DNA of 64,000 bases, taken from Octopus vulgaris (Eukaryota). The position numbers and the translations under genes are program-made. This document shows, piece after piece, positions 13,263 to 27,192 of the stretch. Position 1 is the stretch's first letter, and each line of letters begins with the position of its first letter. The DNA is taken from positions 77,190,001 to 77,254,000 of the forward strand of contig OX597817.1 of assembly GCA_951406725.2 (NCBI GenBank). Reading direction: 5' to 3'. Under the pieces are notes generated by a model that saw only the letters and a program-made list of their open reading frames with translations, was not told the DNA's origin and ran no database searches.

Positions 13263-16025
13263 TACAGTATAAACCATCATGATAACAAATTAAGTAGGCA
13301 GACATATGTTGGATCTTTAAGCCCATCCGATGGGACTACTGGTGCTTGAGGAAACTACTTATAACTGTACAATTCAGTTAAAATTATGCCCTACACCTTC
13401 ACACTTGACACCTTAAAAACACATTCGACTTCACTGCCTCCACAAAATAATGAAAAAAGTCATCCACCTGGTGAGCAAGGACTTAATAAATGCCAAAATA
13501 ATTCAGTCGGTCGTTAAGTTTCCCAAGCGCCAGCCTTGGAGCAGAGAAAGTTAGGAGGTGTGTCTGTGTGGTAAGAAGTTTACTTCCCAAACACATGGTT
13601 CAGAGTTCAGTTCTACTGCATGGCATATCTTCCAGAGATGCTTTGTGTGGCATCTTGGGCAAATTATGTGTTCTGCTATAGCCACGAGTCTGACCAAAGC
13701 CTTGTGAGTGGATTTGGTAGACAGAACCTGCTCTCTCTCTGTTATTTCTACAAGATTGAGAGGCTACCTCATTGCTCTGCAGGAATGCTGGCTGTTCTTT
13801 GGCATAATGAAATGAGAAAAATATATTCTGAAAACCTAAAATATATAGGGATATGCTGATGTTATAGTTAGAAAAAAAAGTAACAGATACAAAGACTTCA
13901 AGTAGGATGCTTCTTTGTGGAAGATAAATAATTTTGAAATTTACAAAATCTTATATATATATGTATATAAATATATATATATATTTATGTGTGTATGTTT
14001 GTTGTGTTTAAAATTACATTACATGTAATTTAGCTATATATGCAATACACAAAATAGGCAGAAAGAACCCTTGGGGAAAGGTAATAAAACAGAATATTTA
14101 CAAAAAGGTAATTTTTAATTTCTTATGTTAGCACTAAGTTATAGATTCCTGTGAATTCATCGGAGACTGTGATATATGATAGATTGAATTAAGCCCCAAC
14201 AGATATGTTCTTCATTGAATTTGGAAGGCTCAAAGGTGGAATTTTAACTTTCTGGAATTCCAGGTAAACAAAAAGAAACTAAAAGACATTTAGTCTGGTG
14301 TCAGTTTATGCCAATATACATTGAAGTATTATTAGTTTCAAATCTGGGAAAGGGCAGTAATTTACAAGGAGGGGCTAAGTCAATTACAGCATCACCAGTG
14401 CATAACTGGTACTTATTTTATTGACCCTGAAAGGATGAAAGACAAAGGTGACCTCAACAGAATTTGAACACAAAACTTTAATTAACATGAAATTTTAATA
14501 GAAAACTTTAATTCAAATCACCTTAAAGCAGAGAACCTAGGGTGACCTTGAGCTGGTTGATGGCCTTGAGTGCAGGCATGATTATGTGGCTAAGAAGTTA
14601 GCTTAGCAATCATGAGAACTTGAGTTCAATCTTTACTGTTAGGTGTCTTGACCAATTAGTGTCTTTTACTGATACCTCAAGTCAAATTGAATTTTGTTAA
14701 TGTAATCAAGCAGATATGAACTGTGGAAACCTATAAAATTTTGGCTCAAGGCCAGCAAGGCTTTTGAGTACATAGAACACCAATTTTATAAGGAAAAATT
14801 AACTGACCTCTTTTATGCTGTAACCATTCTAAAGGATTGTCACACAAAAAAATAAAACAGCAATATACTCACAGATGGGACATGATCAATAAATCTCTAG
14901 TTCAAAGGGAAGATACATTTGCAAATATACAATATGACTTTGAATATTTGATATACTATTGAGCAGGCACAGTAAACTCATTTGAGCTCGTGCCATGAAA
15001 AAATGTACCAAGAGTGCTCTGCAATGTAGTTGGCATTATAAAGGGCATCTAATTGCAGAAACCATACCAAAGCAGACACTGGAGCACGATGTATGTTCCT
15101 TGAGCCTGTCAAATCCAGTTCAGCTCTCTGACTGATACAAGCATGGAAGACAGACATTAAATGATGATGACGAGGGGGAGAAGGAAGAGGATAATTAGTA
15201 ATCATATATAATAGGCATCTAAGTTTACAAAAGAACAGATGTGTTTTTCAGAAAAGAAGTACAGAACAGAGTAAGCATCAGGCATGATGTCTCTATAAAT
15301 AACACTTTCTTTTCCTAGTTGAGTAATTTCACTTCATAAACGTTAAAATCTAAACACACACATGTAAGTGAGTGTGAGTGTGTGTGTGTGTGTGTGTGTG
15401 CACAGTTCAGAAGAGGTTTTTTTTCCCTTTGAAATCAATAGCACTCATCCCACCACTTTGATGAATATCAGGAGTACGATTTGCCAACTTTTCAAATTTA
15501 TATATTTGTTTTTGTTGTGTATTTACTTCGTTGCTTTTGAAATAATTGAATAATTTATCAAAATATTAGATAAAGAAATAAATTAAATAAGGACTAAATT
15601 AGATTTTTATTTCTTATCTTTTCATTTCAATTCCCCATTTTGTCTTCCTTAACAGTGTAGTTTTACAAAACACTTCTAAGAAGGCTGTGAAGAATAATTT
15701 AGGGGAAACAGAATCATACTGCTGTATGACCATTTTGGGCAGAAATCTATCCCATATACACATGCATAAATACATACACACATACATACACACATGCATG
15801 CATATATATGTACATGCATACACACCCTCACACAAACACACATAGAAATACATATGCATGTACACACACACACATACATAAATATAAGCATACATATATA
15901 TATGCTCACACACATATACATGTACATACTTATGTATTTGACTGTGCATATGTATATACATCTGTAAATATTTTTGCATATATATATTTGCAAATAAATA
16001 CCTAACAACAACGATAACAACAACA

Positions 16026-16095
<70 letters not shown>

Positions 16096-16739
16096 TAATG
16101 ATGATGATGATGAAGATAAATTGTGGGATATTAAAAAAGCTATAAATTTTCTTGACAGAAGTGTTTAAAATTCAAAACAAAACTTTGATGAATCTCTTCA
16201 AATTGGCACCAATATTTCATTAAACAATCATTCTGTCATATAGAAACAATGGTAAAAATATTCCGTTTCCAATATAAACAATAACCAAAATAAATAGATA
16301 AATAAATAAAATCACACTTTTAAAATGGAAAATAATAATAATAATAAAAACAAAAATAATGACAAGAAGAAGAACAACAACAAAAATATGAGAAAACTGT
16401 TAGTAAAAGGGAAATATAACAACCGAACTGAAATCAACAACAAATATGATAGGATAAATATGATGTTTTCAGTGATGATAATGATGGTGAACATGATGTT
16501 TATGGTGATGATAATTATGATGATGATGCTGATGAAGATGATGATGATGAGAGCGGTGATTGTGGTGGTGGTGGTGGTGGTGGTGGTGGTGGTGGTGTTG
16601 TGAGTTATAGTGACTTCACCTAGCCATTTAAAAGTAACTGATATTCAAAGGAGACGATCAGTAAAATAGAATTATTGTATTATAACGAGCAAACGGCAAA
16701 AAAAAAAAAAAAAATAGCAAGAATCAAAATAATGATGTC

Positions 16740-17142
16740 TATGGCTGTGTGGTAAGAAGTTTGCTTTCCAACCATATGGTTCCAGGTTCAATCCCACAGT
16801 ATGGGACTTTCGACAAGTGTCTTCTACTATAACCTTAGACTGACCAAAGCCTTGTGAATGGATTTGGTAAATGGAAACTGAAAGACCACTGTTTTTATCT
16901 ATCTATATATATATATATGCATGTGTGTCTTTCTGCCTGTGTTTGTTCCCTACCATTGCTTGACAACCAGAGTTGGTGTGTTTGCATTCCTGTAATTTAG
17001 CAGTACAGTAAAAGAGACCGATAAAATAAGTAGCAGGCTTAAAAGAAAAAAGTACTGGAGTCGGTTCATTTGACGCAAATCTTTTCAGTTTGGTGCTCCA
17101 GCCTGGCTGCACTCTAATGAATGAAGCAAGTAAAAGATAAAA
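16740..17142 (+). mobile_element. SINE family B, near full length
   Basis: TGGCTGTGTGGTAAG A-box-like head, GGTTCAATCCC B-box, CAAGTGTCTTCTACTATA core, AGTAAAAGA tail. Confidence 0.85.
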
Positions 17143-17280
17143 GATTTGTTTAACGTGCTCCAGTAGATTTGTATTTGAATATACTATTCTCATATTAAGT
17201 TTTATCTTAAGAAAATTGCTATAGTCTTGTTTTTAAATTATGTGTTTTGATAATACGCATGATTTCATGATGTAGCAGAC

Positions 17281-17323
17281 TCTGAGACTCATGTTTTGAC
17301 ATGATTGTACCTCTTCAGTCATG
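17281..17323 (-). ncRNA. Degenerate minimal type-I hammerhead ribozyme (Penelope-type)
   Basis: Minus strand: TGA-CTGAAGA-GGTACA ATCA TGTC-AAAAC ATGA GTC-TCA. CUGANGA is intact, GAAA reads AAAA, GUC triplet present, stem I only 3 bp. Confidence 0.45.
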
Positions 17324-18065
17324 GGTTGAACCTACTAGGACTTTATATATATATATGTAAATATGTATATATGTTGTGTATGTATATAATTATACATACA
17401 TGCAAAGGCACATACATACGAACACACAAATGTATTTAACTGTACATGTGCATTTAAAGATACACATATACAAATATATATATATATATTAAAGATTTAC
17501 ATGTATGAAAAGTCTTTAAACTGCTCATTTGCACACACGCATGTGTGCACACACACACACACACACACACAATAGTTACACATACATACAAACATATAAA
17601 CACCCATATGTACACAGGTATACATCATAGATATTTCACTATGTATCTTCAGTAGTATGGGAGCCTGAAGTTGTAAATATTTAAAACACACACATACACA
17701 CACACACACACAGCTAAATAATATATATAGAAAAAGAAAAACAAAATAAAATACAACAAAGCAAACAAACAAGCATAAACATGGTTAAATAAATAAACAA
17801 TAAATAAATATTGATGGGGAGAAGGTACATTTGGAGAATAAATCTTTCCCAAATCCAAACAGCCTGGAAGCCAACAGACTAATTGAAACACAACACAAAA
17901 GTAATTACCATTGGAGAGAGCTATTTTTTGACAAGTGACAGGGTGGAATTGGTTGTGCGAGAGAGAAAGAGAAAGAGAGAGAGAGAGGGAGATTATATGT
18001 ATGATGTACATTTGTCTGTACATCATATATAAACACACACACATATGTGTATGTATGTATGTGTG

Positions 18066-18113
<48 letters not shown>

Positions 18114-18406
18114 TGTATATATGGGTGGATGAGAGAATGCAGGAGAGATAAACAATGAGAGAGGGATGAAGTTGCTGAGATGGAGATTACAAGAGGATAA
18201 AGTGGAGACATAGATATATGACTCATGTAGGTAGGTGGCAGACAGATAGATAGATAGAGAGACAGAGAGGCAGAGACAAAGACAGAAAGAAAGAGAATGA
18301 TATTGGATTGAATGGAGTAATACATGAAGATGAAGGAAGGGTTGTGAACAAACTCAGAAAATGCATGTATACAGACACACAAAATAATATATATGCATAT
18401 ATTGGT

Positions 18407-18447
<41 letters not shown>

Positions 18448-18750
18448 TACATGCACATATATGTATGTACATAGATGGACATATATATATAGTTTTAATA
18501 TATATGTTTTATAACTATATAAGAGAAGAAATGTGAGAGAGATGATGGTTTTGCATATGTTTACAATTGTTTCATAATCTTGTTAGTTGTATAATAGATG
18601 TTACATAAATATCCACACATATAAAATATACATATACAAATATTTATAAATAAATAGATATATATATGTAAACCCATATATAGATGGGTACAGATAAGAG
18701 AACTAGTAAACTCAGAAAATGAAGTTGGAACTGCCATATATACAAATAAA

Positions 18751-19165
18751 TATGATAAATGCTCATGCAGAGAAAAATCAAAATGCCCATTGATGAACTT
18801 CTGTATGAGTACACATCTTGTATATAAATGTAACGTGCACATAAGGGGAGGGCCATATGTTTGCATTGAGCAGATGGCTGATTCATTTAAGAATCATTAT
18901 CGCAACCATGTTGCCAGCTTCAAGAAAATTAGTAAGAGACATTCAACATCTTTAGCTGATTTTGTATGGTAACTGAAGGATGATAAAATTAAGTAGAACA
19001 TAACTTGGTCCATATTAAGTCATGTAAGACAACACAATATCATTTTCAGAAGATGCCAACTCTGCTCTGAGGAATCCCTCTCTATTCTGTGGACCAATGA
19101 AAAGATCAGTAATAGAATTTCTGAAAGACTCTCAAGATGACTACATGCATATGAATGCACTTTCG
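18751..19165 (+). pseudogene. Penelope-like retroelement fossil: Cys-rich linker plus GIY-YIG endonuclease C-terminus, with 3 in-frame stops
   Basis: One frame reads DKCSCREKSKCPLMNFCMSTHLVYKCNV..YVCIEQMADSFKNHYRNHVASFK..HSTSLADFVW*LKDDKIK*NITWSIL..RRCQLCSEESLSIL..SNRISERLSR*LH. This follows the recalled PLE pattern CxC..CPL..C..IVY..YIG..FK.RY.NH..SF..T.LS..IW.LK..I.W.IL..C.LC.EE. Confidence 0.8.
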
Positions 19166-19362
19166 CACAAAGCAGTGGGAATCAATTTGAGCAACTGTTA
19201 ACAGTTAATAGTGTGTGTGTTTAATTGACAAAAAATGACCATCCCCAAATACACATATAGAGTTCCAAAATTTGAACACAAATGCAACAAAAGAACAGAA
19301 AATTCACACACAGGATGAGACATTGCTAACTCCTCATCAGTTAACGTTCAAAAATCCCTTAC

Positions 19363-19410
19363 AATACCACACTTTCCAGGATAACATTGTTCACTTTTGA
19401 TGACAAGAAG
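19363..19410 (-). CDS. Candidate 48-nt symmetric exon (phase 2 FLSSKVNNVILESVV or phase 0 LLVIKSEQCYPGKCGI), NAGNAG acceptor
   Basis: Acceptor attattcccagcag|, donor |gtaagg. Confidence 0.4.
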
Positions 19411-19619
19411 CTGCTGGGAATAATTAATGAACAGGAGACAGTGATGAAAACAAACATGACAAGATGTGAGCATACAAATGAAAGGGAATAAGTGGCCTTC
19501 TAACTCTAAATATATATACACACACGCACAAATGCATACACACACAAACACACATAAACATATATGTACATATATATAAATATATGTACATATATATACA
19601 TATACATACACATAACATA

Positions 19620-19947
<328 letters not shown>

Positions 19948-20066
19948 AATATACATGTACATACATATACATATACACATACACACACACATATATAGCA
20001 TCATCATCATCTTCATCGTCGTTTAATATCTGCCTTCCATGCTGGCATGAGTGTCTGTGTGTGTGG

Positions 20067-20100
<34 letters not shown>

Positions 20101-20750
20101 ATATACACACACACACATATATAATAATAGGAGATGGATTTCATGTCAGACATTTATAGACAGGCAAACATGTGTGTGTGTGTATGTGTGTTGTGTGTTT
20201 GGGAGCCATTTTTTTAATATCATTGAGAACCTATCCAGAAATAAAATTGGTGTTTTGTTCTTGAACTGTGCTGGTGCTCTCTGCTCAACATTTAATCTAA
20301 TTATACATATTTGTATAATTTTTCCATTATTATATATATATATATATATATATAGTCATTAAATTTAGTGCATATGATTCCATTAACTTAGTACCCAAAT
20401 GCTTACTAAAATAGCAACTCCAGTTTATAGAAAATCAAAAAATATTATTGAAAAACAATGTATTAGACAGACAAAAAAGAAGCCAAATTACAATGCTAGA
20501 AGTGTTTTTTTTTTTAATGTGTTATTCTTCTTTGTGCAAACAGGTTTTGGATGCAGTGAACTATTAGAACCATGGCTGACCATAGGTTCAAATTCAGCAA
20601 TTGGCGCTGTGGGGAAAGTGTCCTATTTTGGAACAAAACACCAATTTTATTTATAGGTTCTCAATGACATAAAAATATGGCCCCCAAAAACACACAACAT
20701 ACACACATTCTTTTTTTCTCTTTGTCTTTTACAAATATGTATCAATATTC

Positions 20751-20785
<35 letters not shown>

Positions 20786-21219
20786 TCGATCTATCTATTT
20801 GTCTATCTATCTATCGATCTATCTATTTGTCTATCTATCTATACACACACACATGCTCACATAATATGCCTAAATATGCAAATTTGTATCTATGTATGAA
20901 TGTGTGTGTGTATAAGTGCATATGTGTGTATATGTGTGTGTGTATACATAGATGAGTGTATGTGTGAGTGTGTGTACACACTCAGGGGGAAAGCAAGACA
21001 GTCTCACATACACGTGCAGACACACACCTACATACATATGTAGAAAAGCATCCATGTGTTATGTGAAATTATCAGTTTGCAACTTGGCAGAATAAGACAA
21101 AGATTTCTTCTTGGGCATTAGAATTCTTCTCCCACTGATTTTCCTAGTGGAAAGAACTGCCTGCTGTCTAGTGTCTCGGCTCTTCAAGTCTTAGCTGCAG
21201 GCTAAGTTGAGTTAAGTAC

Positions 21220-21301
21220 CATGTCTAAGATAACAACATGATAATTGCAAAGCAATGAAGATTTTCTGTGCTTCTTGTTCTTTTTCTCTTATCATAAGTC
21301 T
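21220..21301 (-). CDS. Candidate exon (82 nt, phase 0->1): RLMIREKEQEAQKIFIALQLSCCYLRH
   Basis: Acceptor gtttgtatgccatag|, donor G|gtactt, open frame. Confidence 0.25.
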
Positions 21302-21381
21302 CTATGGCATACAAACACATGTGCACACAAGTACACATACATATAAACACAAATACATATGTACATACATCTCTCTCTAAT

Positions 21382-21424
<43 letters not shown>

Positions 21425-21572
21425 ATATAATATTTATACATATACACACACACAAACACGCACACACACACACATATATATACACACACATATTTGTATA
21501 TACTGATGTCAGCAAGGAAAAGGGGGTGTTAGTTGATGATGATCTGTGTAAATATGTATGTATGTATGTGTT

Positions 21573-21605
<33 letters not shown>

Positions 21606-21664
21606 AATTCTCTCTCACTTTCTCTCTATATATATATGTGTGTGAGTGTGTGTGTGTGTCTATG

Positions 21665-21696
<32 letters not shown>

Positions 21697-22172
21697 TATA
21701 TATATCAGTTTGCCACTTGCCAGTCGTAAACAAGCGCCCATGTCATACACGTGTTGTTGTTCGTTCCCAATCATCCATGAAAAAGATGTCAGGTCATCAG
21801 GAAATATTATCCTGTTTGAAAACAGATGAGCATTAGCATGAATTAATGATTACGAAGCCAATTGAAACAAATCATAATTGTAGCTAGTGCTGATGAGACA
21901 AGAAAGCACCTGTGCTGGTGACACATTAGAGGCACCCCCGTTACACTCTTGGTGTTAGGAAGGGCAACTAGCTGAAGAAACCATGTCAAATTCATACTGG
22001 AACCTGGTGCAGCTCTCTGGCTTACCAGTCTCAGTCAAGCCTCTTAACCTATATCAGGTACTGGGGATGATTTATTCGTCTAAAACTATGAGGTGGTAGC
22101 CCAGCATGGCTGCAGTCTAATGACTGAAGCATGCATGCATGTATGTATGTATGTATGTATGTATGTATTCGT

Positions 22173-22230
<58 letters not shown>

Positions 22231-22239
22231 GTGTATATA

Positions 22240-22612
22240 TATCAACATCAAAATAAAAATCAAATGGAAATTGTAGTTGCGATACCTGTGCCGGCAGCAT
22301 GTAAAAAGCACCGTCTGAATGTGGCTGATGCCAGCGGTGCCTTGACTGGCTTCCATGCTGGTAGCACATAAAAAGCACCAACTGAGTGTGGCCGCTACCA
22401 GCCCCCCACCTGGCACCTGTGCCAGTGGCACGTAAAAAGCACCCACTACACTCTCAGAGTGGTTGGCATTAGGAAGGGCAGCAAGCTGTAGAAACACTGC
22501 TAGATCAGACTGGAGCCTGATGCAGCCTCCTGGTTTCCCAGACCCCGGTGAACCTTCCAACCCATGATAGCATGGAAAACGGACATTAAACGATGATGAT
22601 GATGATGATGAT
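22240..22612 (+). mobile_element. SINE family C (Meta-domain type) with (GAT)n tail
   Basis: GGTTGGCATTAGGAAGGGCA core, 3' end CCAACCCATGATAGCATGGAAAACGGACATTAAACGATGATGAT. Confidence 0.8.
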
Positions 22613-23140
22613 ATATATATGTACAAATATGATTGTGTGTGTGTGTGTGTATATATATACATACATACACAAAAATATGATTGTGTATATATATATATAT
22701 ATATGAAGAAGCTAAGTTGCATCTTTGCATCTTCACCACTGTTATGAACCACACCCAGCCGTCTATTTAAAACTTCCCTCTCAAAATTGTCACAGACAGA
22801 GAAAAATACACACACACACACACACATACATATGAACGCACTTATACTCCAACTTCCTCGAAATTGAGCCAGAAGAGACACACTTCAGCTACTTCCACAG
22901 TCTTTTTAGTTTGAAAAACAAACAATCTTCTAGTTAAGGATATGATTCACTTCTCCCATTATACATCATATTTCGAGTTGGATAAACACATCACTCATTT
23001 ACACATGTGAAGCTAGAGAGAGGCATATGTAGACTTCACACACACATTAGTAAACCAACATGTTTATATGACAAGGACACGACGCATTCACTCACTTACT
23101 CATTCTACTATACTGATACATACCCAGACATATTCCCATA

Positions 23141-23450
23141 CATCATCATCATCATCATCGTTTAACATTCGCCTTCCATGCTAGCATGGGTTGGACGATT
23201 TGACTGAGGACTGGCCAACCAGATGGCTGCACCAGTCTCCAATCTAATCTGGCAGGGTTTCTATAGCTGGATGCCCTTCCTAACACCAACCACTCTGAGA
23301 GTGTAGTGGGTGCTTTTACATGCCACCGACACGAGGGCTAGTCAGGCGGTACTAGCAACGGCCACGCTCGAATGGTGCTTTCTATGTGCCACCTACACAG
23401 GAGCCAGTCCAGCTCAAACGTTTTTCATGTGCCACCAGCACAAGTGCCAT
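23141..23450 (-). mobile_element. SINE family C, inverted relative to the previous copy
   Basis: CATCATCATCGTTTAAC..CCATGCTAGCATGGGTTGG..GGATGCCCTTCCTAACACCAACC. Confidence 0.8.
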
Positions 23451-23517
23451 TACAAACATATGATCACACACACAGGTACAAGACAACATACACAGGTATA
23501 CAGACATGCATATACAC

Positions 23518-23748
23518 GTTTCAGTCATTGGACTGCAGCCACGCTGGGGTACCAGCTTGTAGAACTTTAGAGTAAGGAATCAAACCCAGAATTTGTTTTT
23601 CTTTGAAGTCTGGTACTTGTTCTACCCATCTCTTTAGCTGAAACACTAAGTTATGGGGGTGTAAACACACAAACAACAGTTGTTAACCTGTAGTGAGGGA
23701 CAAATACAGACTCAAAGACACACATATACATACATATGTGTACATATA

Positions 23749-23806
<58 letters not shown>

Positions 23807-23963
23807 GGGCTTCTTTCAGTTTCCTTCAATCAAATCTACTCATAAGGCTTTGGTTGGCCTGAGGCTACTATAGAAGAAACTTGCTCAAGGTGCCATGCAG
23901 TGGGACTGAACTCAGAACCATGTGGCTGGGAAATAAACTTCTTACCATACAGCTATGCCTGCA
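23518..23963 (-). mobile_element. SINE family B
   Basis: Reverse complement of the family B head, core and tail. Confidence 0.8.
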
Positions 23964-24433
23964 TCTATATACATGTACAAATACAAGCATATTCAGACAC
24001 ACACATATTTATATTCAGATACATGTACACACAAATATAGACAACATTGACACACACGCACACACACATTTATACACCTGTGCACATACACAAACATGCA
24101 CAAATATATTTGTCAAGATCTCTTAAATCAAAGTTAAATATTATTTTTATAAAATCAAATTTTAAAAATATATTACTTTATGACAATAAAATGATACTTT
24201 TATAAAACAGTTGCTGACAGCAACCACCAATGCAACTCTTAAGCCTAGTAGAAGAAGCAGCCAAATCTCCATCAAATTACATTCATATATCTTGAAGAAA
24301 AGAAGGACACATCTGATCTGACAAAACAAGCATTCTTGTATGAATAAAAAGATGAAATAGTCATAGCTATAACAATAACGATTACAACAGTATGATGTTC
24401 AGTGACTGCCAGTAACATTTGTTATGTTACACA

Positions 24434-24477
24434 GTATCCAATGGCAACACTAGAGTCATACAGTTGCCTATAGCAAC
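24434..24477. promoter_or_regulatory. Pair of RFX X-box motifs
   Basis: GTATCCAATGGCAAC (24434-24448) and GTTGCCTATAGCAAC (24463-24477) fit GTNRCC-N0-3-RGYAAC with one and zero mismatches. Confidence 0.45.
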
Positions 24478-24538
24478 GAAAATAGGTTATTGATTTCTCT
24501 TCATTAGGTACAAGGTCAAATTTCAGAGGGATGGAGAA

Positions 24539-24579
<41 letters not shown>

Positions 24580-24637
24580 CACGCACACACACACACACAC
24601 ACGCACACACACGCACACACACACACATATTTATACA

Positions 24638-24853
24638 TGAGGGTGTGCTGAAAAGTTCCTGGCTATTGCAAAAGGTCTGGTTGGAGGCCCAACCTTCCAA
24701 GCACTGTTTACAAGGATTAGAAAAACTGAAAGACCACTGCAATAAGTGTGTGAATCTGAGAGGGGAATATGTTGTATAGAAACATAATTACCTGTTCCTC
24801 CAGTATTTTCTTTCACCCCCCAAAAAAGCCAGGAACTCTTCAACACCCACTCA
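24638..24853. mobile_element. Mariner-like MITE
   Basis: Imperfect TIRs TGAGGGTGTGCTGAAAAGTTCCTGGCT / AGCCAGGAACTCTTCAACACCCACTCA followed by TA. Second copy at 34251-34468. Confidence 0.75.
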
Positions 24854-25454
24854 TATATGTGTGTGTAGTATAAAGATACACACACGTGTTTCTATTACCT
24901 TATCTTTCACTGGTTTCAGTTATTGGACTACAACCATGATAAAGAACTGCCTTCAAGTGTTTTAGTCAAACAAATTTACCCCAGTATTTATTCGTTCTCA
25001 GTCTGGTAGTTACTCTACAAGCCTTTTTTAATGAACTGCTAAAGAGACAGCTACATAAAAAAAAAAGTGAACACCAGTTGGGGACAAACACAGCACAATT
25101 ACAAAGATATGAATACACACACACACATGCACACACAATAGGCTTCATTCATTTATTGTCTACAAAACACAAGGCACTGCTAGCCCAAAGGCTATGCTGC
25201 ACAGCGGGATCTAACAGTTCGGAGGCAAGCTTCTTCTGCAAACAGAATACTGATCCCCATCACCCATTATGAGTAAGGGGACATTTCACTTAGTTTATTC
25301 TTGTTTTCTTTTATAACATACAGCCAAAATTTCTAAAGTGTTCTTATTGCGATTGAAGGGTTATAAAACTTATATCAGGACGGGTACTAAAAATGTAAAA
25401 TGAATAGCTGGTGGAATATTTGAGGTTATACTCGGGTGCACTACAATATGTAAC

Positions 25455-25760
25455 ATCCATCATAGTCATCGTTTAATATCTGTTTTCCATTTTGGCATGG
25501 GTTGGACAGTTTGACAGCAGTGGGTCAGCCAGAGAGCTGTACAGGTTTCAATTGTTTGTTTTAGCATGGTTTCTATGGCTTGATGCGCTTCCTAATGCCA
25601 ACCACTTCACAGAGTTTACCGGGTGCTTTTAACATGACACCCACCCAAGGTGCTTTTACATGATACCAGAACAGATGATTTTACATGGCAATGGCATAGG
25701 TGCTCCAATGTGGAACCAGCATGGGTGCTTTTACTTGGCACCAGCAACCACAAACCCAAA
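25455..25760 (-). mobile_element. SINE family C, degenerate
   Basis: CATCGTTTAATATCTGTTTTCCAT..GGCATGGGTTGGAC..CTTCCTAATGCCAACCAC and repeated GGTGCTTTT motifs. Confidence 0.7.
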
Positions 25761-26449
25761 AGACTAAACTATTTTGGCTGAGAGAAGGATGTAGAGGACA
25801 TGCCCTGTATTCATGGAGATATATGTCAGGATTTTGAAATCTTGCTCCCTTTCTCCAACCAGTCTCAGAAGGTCTGCCATAAAACTATGGGCTCAGCCCC
25901 TTTTTTTCCTGGACAATGCCATTATAACCAAAAAAATAAGCTAATATACTAAACAATTGAATTTTTTAACGTGTTTAAGACTCCTATTATGGCTGAATCA
26001 GGCTTTAGCAAGTAAGTGCCACAGAGGCAAGTTCTATCATTATGTTTAATTAAATAAAAAAATAAAAAAAATTAAAAAATTGTAATTAAATATTGAATAA
26101 ATTAATGAAATTAATTGTTACTATTTTGAGTAGTATTATAGAATAATTATCTTCCAAAGTGAATTGCCATGCTGGTAGAAATAGTAGAGCATTAAACTTC
26201 CAATCTCTTAAGTTTTGTTTATCAACATTCTGAATGTGAATCTTGCTGAGATTCATCTGAAGATGATGTGAAAAATACCGGTAATATAATGAGGGCTGTT
26301 TCAGTCAATGTAAGCTCTTTGCCTGTCCTTGTTTATCCCCTCTATGGCAATAAAGAAATAAATATGTATCTATCTATCTATGCTTATACATGAAATAATT
26401 AAGGTCACTAGACACAATTCAAAACCAAAAAGCAAATAATTCATCATCT

Positions 26450-26632
26450 CTAAAATGTGACCAAAGGTGCAGGGAGCACCAGCATTGCTAGAAATAAGAG
26501 TCAATGCCCTCGCTTGCAGTGGGGGAGGTTGTCTCCCTTGTCAGAACATAGAACGTGCTTTTGTAGCTGAAGAGTCTTTGACTCTTATTTCTAGCAATGC
26601 TGATGCTCCCTGCACTCTTGGTCACTTTTTAG
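26450..26632. mobile_element. MITE-like foldback with ~50-bp inverted arms
   Basis: GTGACCAAAGGTGCAGGGAGCACCAGCATTGCTAGAAATAAGAGTCAA (26457-26504) pairs with 26578-26625. Confidence 0.7.
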
Positions 26633-26705
26633 GGACAACGAATTATATATGTATCTTTGTGTAAGTATATATATGTATTTATATATGTATATTTATATGT
26701 GTGTG

Positions 26706-26739
<34 letters not shown>

Positions 26740-27192
26740 TATACACAACAAACTTCACTCGGGCCAGAACAACAGTAGAAGACATTTTCCCAAGGTACCA
26801 CACAGTGAGATTGAACCCAGAACCACTTGGTTAAGAAGTGAACTTCTTAACCACACAACCATGCATACTCCCCCTACATAGGTGAAATGAGATGTTAAGA
26901 TACAACAAAGAGTTTTGTCCAGAAACAAATACATAAAAAGCAAACAAAAAAAAATTATTAAAAAATAAAATAATGCTGCAGAGTGGATTTGATCTCACAT
27001 CAAAGCAGCGTATAAGTTGGTTGTCTACCTAAGTATCACGTTTTCTTGGCCACTTCATTCATTCATTTCCTTTCATTCATTCATTCATCTTGCTCATAAA
27101 CCCCCATACAGTCGCTCGCACAATCACCACTATTACAACTGTAACTCTGTAACTTAAACTAGATTGTCCAGAATCTACTGTAATGCAACACA

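Noticed and set aside
14130-14172. GTCTCCGATGA-ATTC ACAG GAAT hammerhead-like 5' half (also GAAATAGCTGTAAG 3' half at ~48925)
   Set aside because: Only half of the motif is present at each site, so neither can be called a ribozyme, although both may be PLE debris.
19325-19346. CTGATGAGGAG on the minus strand near the PLE fossil
   Set aside because: No downstream GAAA or closing stems, and it is on the opposite strand to the GIY-YIG frame.
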